Of a stretch of 64,000 bases of DNA, positions 57,875 to 64,000 are shown in pieces (position 1 is the first letter of the stretch; the number at the start of each line of letters is the position of its first letter). The notes below the pieces were generated by a model. It saw only the letters and a list, made by a program, of their open reading frames with translations. It had not been told where the DNA came from and searched no databases. This DNA comes from Pseudobdellovibrionaceae bacterium (GTDB lineage: Bacteria > Bdellovibrionota > Bdellovibrionia > Bdellovibrionales > Bdellovibrionaceae), in the NCBI GenBank assembly GCA_039810425.1, contig JBDHWW010000008.1:1-64000 (forward strand), given 5' to 3'. The translations under genes and the position numbers were made by a program.

Positions 57875-59275
57875 TTATAAGCCCGTCAAAACTTTGACGT
57901 CGGAGTAGAATCGTCCCCAAGGTCCCGTATTGATCAGACCAAATGATGTCTGACGATGACCCGGCTCAAATTCCGCGGGAAACCACGAGTTCACAGACAC
58001 GGTCCCAACATCAATCTTCTCAGCAATCTTTAATGCCTTTTCGGAATTCGGCGCCCAAATCACTGCCGAGTGGCCGTAGTAACCGGTATTAGCCCACTTC
58101 ACCATTTCATGCTGGTATTTCACCGCGGTTAAAATTAACAACGGCCCACGAATCTCTTCTTGTTGCATCTCTGAACAGTTTGGCAAATCCAGACTGACTG
58201 TTGGTTGGAAGAAGTAACCATTACTGTCGGCTTTTACACCACCAGCAATAAGCTTACCCTCTTCCATCTTTATTTGCTGTGATTTTGCCTCGAGCTGCTG
58301 CAAAACTTCCGCGTTGATGGCGGGAGTCCACGGACTCGTGTCCTTCGGAGAGGTTGCTGGTTTTAAACTCGCTAAATACTCTTTAAGTTTTTCAGTGAAC
58401 TCTTTCTGGAAAGACTCCAAAACAAAAATCCGCGTCATATTCCAGCAAAGCTGCCCTTGTCCGATGAGAAAACTCTCGAGAATTTGTGGCATCTTCGTTT
58501 GAAAATCGACCTCGTTCAAAACAAAGATACTGTTCTTCACGCCTGAGTTAATTTGCACTTTTTTAAACTGTGGCAAAGCACCTTGAATAATTTTTTCGGC
58601 ATTTGTAAGCTTGCCAACGAAATTCACTGCGCGAATTGATGGGTGCGCCGCCAGCAAGGCTCCCACTTCAGAGCCACGACCTTGGATAAATTGCACCAAA
58701 CCTTTTGGCACTCCTGCGGCGGTCAGAACCTCGCCCATAATCACCGCTGTAATCGGAGAAAGTTCTGACACTTTCACAAGACAGATGTTTCCGGCAGCCA
58801 ATGCCGAAGCCAAACGTTCTGCTAACAACCGTAAAGAAAGATTCCAGGATAACACGATGGAAATAATTCCTGTCGGCTGCACTTGCAGCTCAGGAATTTT
58901 ATTCTGATCATACTTCGTTACGGCCTCGGAAATAATTCTGAATTGGTGGATCGCATACTGAAGACTTTTCTCTCGAACAAAATTTGCAGGCAGTCCCTGA
59001 TGAAGAGCTTCCTGGTAAGCATAGTCTTCGATCTTCTCTTCAAGTTTTGTCGCAACCTTGCTAAGAAGCTCTGCTCGCTGAGCAAGCGTCCACTTCTCCA
59101 TTTCCACTTGAGCACGCTTAGCCGCTTGAATAGCCCGAATCACATCCATCGCATCAGAAGCCGCAACATTTCCTAGCAACTCGCCAGTAAATGGACTCAT
59201 CTTCGCAAACGAAGCTTTGCTTTGTGCCGGAACAAATTCACCATCAATAAAATTCAGAAATTCTTGAGCGCTCAT
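57875..59275 (-). CDS. Aldehyde dehydrogenase family protein (divergent)
   Basis: NFIDGEF, WN, K.SE, GQLC, EEIRGP. Confidence 0.88.
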   Translation of the reverse strand: MSAQEFLNFIDGEFVPAQSKASFAKMSPFTGELLGNVAASDAMDVIRAIQAAKRAQVEMEKWTLAQRAELLSKVATKLEEKIEDYAYQEALHQGLPANFVREKSLQYAIHQFRIISEAVTKYDQNKIPELQVQPTGIISIVLSWNLSLRLLAERLASALAAGNICLVKVSELSPITAVIMGEVLTAAGVPKGLVQFIQGRGSEVGALLAAHPSIRAVNFVGKLTNAEKIIQGALPQFKKVQINSGVKNSIFVLNEVDFQTKMPQILESFLIGQGQLCWNMTRIFVLESFQKEFTEKLKEYLASLKPATSPKDTSPWTPAINAEVLQQLEAKSQQIKMEEGKLIAGGVKADSNGYFFQPTVSLDLPNCSEMQQEEIRGPLLILTAVKYQHEMVKWANTGYYGHSAVIWAPNSEKALKIAEKIDVGTVSVNSWFPAEFEPGHRQTSFGLINTGPWGRFYSDVKVLTGL

Positions 59276-59351
59276 GGCCCCAAGATCCAGCAATTCCCTG
59301 CAAAAAGCAAGGAATTGCAAAGTCAATTCGGAAAAGCGACCTGGTACCTTT

Positions 59352-60917
59352 TTAGAAGACGGATTGGTTGCGGTATTGCATTAGGTGTGTGGCGATGGCG
59401 TTGGTTTCAAGGATTTGTTCGGCGACGCCGACCTCGATGGCTTTCTGTGGAGCGTATGGGAACTGCGCGTCCTCGGGATGCTGAACCACCGTCATGCCAC
59501 CTTTGTTTTGAATCGACGTCAGCCCGTCGACGCCGTCGGCGCCAAAGCCTGCAAGCAGAATTCCGTAAACGCCGCCGCCATATGCTTGCGCCGCCGATTG
59601 GAATAGGACGTTTGCTGATGGCAGCTGCGAAGCCACCGGGATCCCTTTTTCGATTTTAAGCTGGGGGCCGTTGGTCGTTTGCACTACTTTGCCGTGATGA
59701 CCTGCGGGAATAAAATAAACATTCCCCATTCGCAACCACTCGCCGTCTTTTGCGGTGACTAAACTCACCTTTGTCTTAGATTTCATCTTCTGGAAGAAAC
59801 TCTCGAGGAAATTTGTCACGATACTGCAAGCCACCACCACAGAAGGCGTATCCACCGCCAGGCCCTCGAGGATTTTCTCGAGCGCGGGCGCGCTTCCGGC
59901 ATTCCCGCCCAACACCACGACTTTGAGCTCTGAAGATTTTTTCTTCGCTTTAAGTGGCGTTGGATTTGCATCGGCCACAGGCGCCGTTGCCGGTCTTTCT
60001 TTAATTTTCTTAAGCACGTTCACAGAGGCGGCAGCGCGAACTTTCTCTACCAAAGTGCCGGCAAGATCTTTGAGGATCTGCGGATCAAACTGCGAGGGTT
60101 TATGAACAAACTCCACAGCACCAAGCTCCAAGGACTTCATTGCCGCTTCCCCAGTGCTCCCCAAAGAAGACACCATCACCACTGGAGTGGGCTGAAACTT
60201 CATAATTTTTTCTAAGAACATCACGCCACTCATTCGTGGCATCTCGATATCTAATGTCAGCACATCGGGCTTTTTCGAAGCAATCAGCTCTCGAGCCTGA
60301 TAAGCATCCGCGGCCGCGCCGACAACTTCCAGCCCGCTACTCTGAAAGATCTTTGTGAAGAGCGTTCTAACCGTAGCCGAATCGTCCACAATCAAAACCT
60401 TAACGGCCTTCGCCACTTGCAAAGGTTTAAATCCTGAAACATCGACCGTTGATCCACTCGAGGCACTTTCGTTACTAAAACTATGCAGAACCTCAAAAGT
60501 AGCCGTGTTTAGCTTTAATGTACGTCCGGATTCGCCACCGACATTTTTTTCGACGATGCGAATTCCTTTGGCACTTAAAAGTTCTTCTGCCACTTCGATA
60601 TTTCTGCGGCCAATGCTCTCGCCAAGAGTAGATATCGCAATTACACTACCGCCGCCATAGACTTTTGCCTGCAAACGATTGAGCGAGGCCCCTAGGCACA
60701 ACATCTCATCAATGAGCATCTCAATGGCCGCCTTTCCATAACGTGGATTCGCGACGTCATTCGGACCTAACTCCGGGAGCAGATAATGATTAAGCCCACC
60801 AATACGCATTTCGGGATCAAACAATGCCACCGCAACACAAGAACCCAACAGGGTTGAAATCTGCGTTTCTTCTTTAAAGGCCGCAAGTTTTCCCGGAAAA
60901 AGATAGTGCTTATTCAT
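59352..60917 (-). CDS. CheD-REC-CheB fusion protein
   Basis: CheD motifs (TLLGSCVAV, NHYLLP, AKVYGG), REC (VDDS, LDIEMP, KP), methylesterase-like C-terminus. Confidence 0.88.
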   Translation of the reverse strand: MNKHYLFPGKLAAFKEETQISTLLGSCVAVALFDPEMRIGGLNHYLLPELGPNDVANPRYGKAAIEMLIDEMLCLGASLNRLQAKVYGGGSVIAISTLGESIGRRNIEVAEELLSAKGIRIVEKNVGGESGRTLKLNTATFEVLHSFSNESASSGSTVDVSGFKPLQVAKAVKVLIVDDSATVRTLFTKIFQSSGLEVVGAAADAYQARELIASKKPDVLTLDIEMPRMSGVMFLEKIMKFQPTPVVMVSSLGSTGEAAMKSLELGAVEFVHKPSQFDPQILKDLAGTLVEKVRAAASVNVLKKIKERPATAPVADANPTPLKAKKKSSELKVVVLGGNAGSAPALEKILEGLAVDTPSVVVACSIVTNFLESFFQKMKSKTKVSLVTAKDGEWLRMGNVYFIPAGHHGKVVQTTNGPQLKIEKGIPVASQLPSANVLFQSAAQAYGGGVYGILLAGFGADGVDGLTSIQNKGGMTVVQHPEDAQFPYAPQKAIEVGVAEQILETNAIATHLMQYRNQSVF

Positions 60918-61677
60918 AATCTACCAGCTTTTTAATATCCAAGAGCATCAGCGACTTTTCTTCACGGATGACGAATTGATCCACGACCGGAGAAAGCATG
61001 CTCGAGTCAGAGCATTTCTGAAACTGCGATGATTCAAATTCTAAAACTTCTTCTGTCGCATTCACTTCAAGTGCAAAGAATGCTTCTTTATAGTCACATA
61101 CCACGAAGTATGTTTTACGCCGTTCATCGCCCTTCTGGCGAGAAAAACCAAAATCACTCAAATTAACAACAGGAACCCCCTGCCCGCGGAATCCTATCAA
61201 TCCACTAATTCCGGATTGGGGCATTGGCAGCGGATAAATTTTTTTATTGTTTACGATCTCGATTACATTTCTTACCGGCACAAGAAAGTTATGCTCATCC
61301 TTCGTACATTGTAAATAGAGCTGAGCCGCCTCGGCCAAATGAATCCTGAAAACATTGTGATACTTTTCGAAAAAAATCGGAGAATCAGCGCGTGTTTTTA
61401 ATACCTCTAGATATTCTAACAAGGCTCGAGAAACCCAGAGCGAGTCTTCTTTCGATGAAAGTCGCTCCGTGGCAATAGCGCCTTTGAGGATTTCTAATAA
61501 ACCCGTAAAATGGTTCATATCATTAGAGCGTGCCTCGGCAATCCAATCATCAACCGCCAACTTCACTTCTACGAAATAATTTTCATAACTCTTGAAACGA
61601 TCCAAAGACTCCATCGTCGTTGTGATATAGTGTTGTCGCATTTCAAGCGTGAATTCATCTAATGCCAAGGCACTCAT
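60910..61677 (-). CDS. cheW: CheW-domain protein with N-terminal helical extension
   Basis: GLIGFRGQGVPVVNL, LLDIKKL. Confidence 0.75.
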   Translation of the reverse strand: MSALALDEFTLEMRQHYITTTMESLDRFKSYENYFVEVKLAVDDWIAEARSNDMNHFTGLLEILKGAIATERLSSKEDSLWVSRALLEYLEVLKTRADSPIFFEKYHNVFRIHLAEAAQLYLQCTKDEHNFLVPVRNVIEIVNNKKIYPLPMPQSGISGLIGFRGQGVPVVNLSDFGFSRQKGDERRKTYFVVCDYKEAFFALEVNATEEVLEFESSQFQKCSDSSMLSPVVDQFVIREEKSLMLLDIKKLVDYE

Positions 61678-63395
61678 GCGACCTCCTTTTGCAATAAGGA
61701 CTGCAACTCGGCAGAATCCACGACGTATGCAATCTGCTCATCCGACAATATGGAATTCCCTTTAAAGCCGGGAGCCTTCTTCATAAGGCCGCTAAAGGCT
61801 TTAATCACCAAATCTGTCTGATACTCAATTTTCTCAACTAAAATAGCTAAATGAAAATCCTGGATCCGCAGGAATACCGCAGACATCTTTTTAACCTGAT
61901 CCATACCGGTTATTTTTTTAAACTGATAAATCTCGGCAAACGTCATTAAAAGCACTGTGCGGCCTTCATACTGACAAAAACGAAGGTCACCGACGTCAGT
62001 GACCTGCAGTTCCTCACACGAACTGATGTGTGAAACCTCCGATAGTGGGAATGCCACAGACAACTCTCGCCAATGCGCCAACAAGCAGCGCTCCACCAAA
62101 AGTTTTTTCGGGACAGGGATACGCAAATGAATTTCCGAACCTTCACCAGGAGTAGACTTTATTTCTATGTGGCCATGGTACTTGATCACGATATTGTGAA
62201 CGACATCCATGCCCACCCCACGGCCAGACATGGTGGTGATTTTTTCTTTGGTCGAAAAGCCCGGGTGAAAAATAAAGCTAAAAATTTTTTCTTCTGGCAT
62301 CTGTGAGGCTTCAAGCGCGTTGGTCAGGCCTTTTTCTAAAGCTCTTTGCAAAATACGCTCGCGATCCAAGCCTTTACCGTCGTCTTTTACGATGCAGTGG
62401 ATGACAGACGACTTCTCTTCAACCGAGATGCGCAGCAAACCTTGAGCGGACTTATTGGCTTCAATACGGGCTTCTGTTTTTTCAATACCGTGATCTAAGG
62501 AGTTCCGCACCATGTGCATCAAAGCTTTATACATGTCATGAGCAAGAACTTTGTCGACTTGCAATTCAAAGCCGATGTCCTCAAAACGGACTTCCTTCTT
62601 AAGCTCATACGCCGCCTGACGAATCAGAGGGAAAAGACCCGAAAAAGCCTCTTTCAAAGGAACTTTCTGAGCCTTATCTAAAATTCCTTGAAACTGATCC
62701 GACAGCGTATTCAATGAGTGCGATAACGAACTTTGCTTCTCTTGAAACTTTTGCACCGTCGCATTTTCTTGAGACTGAGTCAGTGTCTGGAATGAGTTCT
62801 TTAAAATAATAAAGTCACTCGAAAGCTGCATCAAAGAAGCCATCTGCTCTTTGGAAAGCCAGATACCATCTTTGTTTCTTGGTCCTTCATTCTCGGCCGC
62901 GCCCACAATGCCAACACGCTCCGACGCTGTCTCTATCGAAGTATTCAACTGGAAGGTCCCATACCGGGCGATCAACTCGATCGCCTCGCTAAGCTCTTCG
63001 GGATAAATTTCACGATGAGTGCGTAAGTTCTCAGCTAAGATTTTTAGAATCCGCGAGCTGTGCAAAAATATCTCAATGCATTCTTTGTTAGGGATGATCT
63101 TCTGCTTGCGCAAACGATCTAACAAAGTTTCAAACTCATGCGACAACGAACCTAAAAGCTGCCCGCCGGGAACGGCCCCTACGCTGCCTTTAAGAGTGTG
63201 CACTTTGCGGAAAAGACCTTGTAAGAGAATTTCATCATGGGGATGAGACTCGAGACGAAGGATATGTTCGTCGAGATCTGAAAGGATCTCTTCGGATTCT
63301 TTGAAGAAAGCCTCAGAGACTACTTGAACCTCGTTGAAATCGAAATCGAGTTCAATGATTTGCTGTGATTTATTGCCTTCTTCAGAATTCGACAT
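61674..63395 (-). CDS. cheA: Chemotaxis histidine kinase
   Basis: FRKVHTLKG, HMVRNSLDHGIE, DDGKG, SGRGVGMDVV, CheW-like domain. Confidence 0.95.
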   Translation of the reverse strand: MSNSEEGNKSQQIIELDFDFNEVQVVSEAFFKESEEILSDLDEHILRLESHPHDEILLQGLFRKVHTLKGSVGAVPGGQLLGSLSHEFETLLDRLRKQKIIPNKECIEIFLHSSRILKILAENLRTHREIYPEELSEAIELIARYGTFQLNTSIETASERVGIVGAAENEGPRNKDGIWLSKEQMASLMQLSSDFIILKNSFQTLTQSQENATVQKFQEKQSSLSHSLNTLSDQFQGILDKAQKVPLKEAFSGLFPLIRQAAYELKKEVRFEDIGFELQVDKVLAHDMYKALMHMVRNSLDHGIEKTEARIEANKSAQGLLRISVEEKSSVIHCIVKDDGKGLDRERILQRALEKGLTNALEASQMPEEKIFSFIFHPGFSTKEKITTMSGRGVGMDVVHNIVIKYHGHIEIKSTPGEGSEIHLRIPVPKKLLVERCLLAHWRELSVAFPLSEVSHISSCEELQVTDVGDLRFCQYEGRTVLLMTFAEIYQFKKITGMDQVKKMSAVFLRIQDFHLAILVEKIEYQTDLVIKAFSGLMKKAPGFKGNSILSDEQIAYVVDSAELQSLLQKEVA

Positions 63396-63430
63396 ACACC
63401 CTTGCGATCGACGTTAACCTGTTTGATAAA

Positions 63431-63457
63431 CTATCGGAATTACAAAAGGTTGCCTTA
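63431..63457 (-). promoter_or_regulatory. Putative sigma28 promoter of the che operon
   Basis: TAAG-N15-TCCGATAG. Confidence 0.6.
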
Positions 63458-63600
63458 ACGATGGAAATGGCAAGTTAGTGAAATTTGACAGAACTGTCTA
63501 ATAGAAGGGCTTGTAAACAAACTTGAAAGTGGCGGGACGGCCTGGATCCTTTCGGCGTTTCAGCCGTCCGCCTGACAAAGTTGGCGAAGGTCTAGTACGG

Positions 63601-63648
63601 CTAAGAAGCCGCCACCTCCGCCTTGGTTATGTCATATGATTGAACCAT
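63601..63648 (-). CDS. Candidate 15-aa peptide MVQSYDITKAEVAAS
   Basis: Full AAGGAGGT SD 7 nt upstream; followed by GC-rich hairpin 63531-63572. Confidence 0.4.
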   Translation of the reverse strand: MVQSYDITKAEVAAS

Positions 63649-63764
63649 AAGCACCACCTCCTTCCCAGCCACCAGAGTAGCTTTACTTTATATTACCTTT
63701 TTACGAATTTCGTCGCTACAAGAAAGAAGTCTAGTTGTCAGTTCTCAATGTGAGACGTGTCGAT

Positions 63765-64000
63765 TTAAACGTCTAAATTCTTAATAATTTCAGCTTGGAT
63801 TTTTTTCATCTCCGCTTCAGAGCGACGTTGCGCTCTTTTGAAATCGAGGTCTGGGATAGACCACGCTGGAATGAGATGCAGGTGATAGTGAGGCACTTCA
63901 AAGCCGGCAACAATTTGTCCCACACGAGGACTGCCCGAAGCTTTCAGAATCGCTTTACCGATTTTCTGCGAGACAACGTGCAGCCTTGCATAGACATCTG
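63765..64000 (-). CDS. HIT-family hydrolase (3' part; starts beyond the window)
   Basis: Manual translation gives AGFEVPHYHLHLIP (histidine triad). Confidence 0.9.
   Translation of the reverse strand, partial: DVYARLHVVSQKIGKAILKASGSPRVGQIVAGFEVPHYHLHLIPAWSIPDLDFKRAQRRSEAEMKKIQAEIIKNLDV

Noticed and set aside
1..64000. tRNA, rRNA, prophage, CRISPR-Cas or anti-phage defence genes
   Set aside because: None recognised by eye; a covariance-model or HMM scan would be needed to exclude them fully.

Overview
This 64-kb window looks like core chromosome of a Bdellovibrio-like predatory bacterium. That taxonomy is inferred from the three short (~275 aa) flagellins, MIDAS/vWA lipoproteins, exported cell-wall enzymes and many sigma28-type promoters. 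It carries housekeeping genes (rluB-like, prmA, rsmE, rfaE2, coaD, rsmD, an aminotransferase, nth, ddl, elbB, thiBPQ-like ABC transporter) and two two-component systems. It also has a flagellar cluster (three flagellins, flaG, fliD, fliS, FlgN/FliT-like) followed by a sigma54-type TPR / Maf-N-like / 2x GT9 operon, a cheA-cheW-cheD/B operon, and a 433-bp IS4(IS50)-derived remnant inserted in a terminator. The most striking observation is non-coding. The UTRs of the three flagellin mRNAs (A 39194-40027, B 42889-43713, C 44174-44998) are mutually complementary in several blocks. The largest is a perfect 20-nt match between the predicted 5' end of the C transcript and the B leader, next to a 12-nt anti-Shine-Dalgarno of B. 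This suggests an mRNA-mRNA pairing network controlling flagellin hierarchy. All calls were made by eye; no database searches or folding programs were run.
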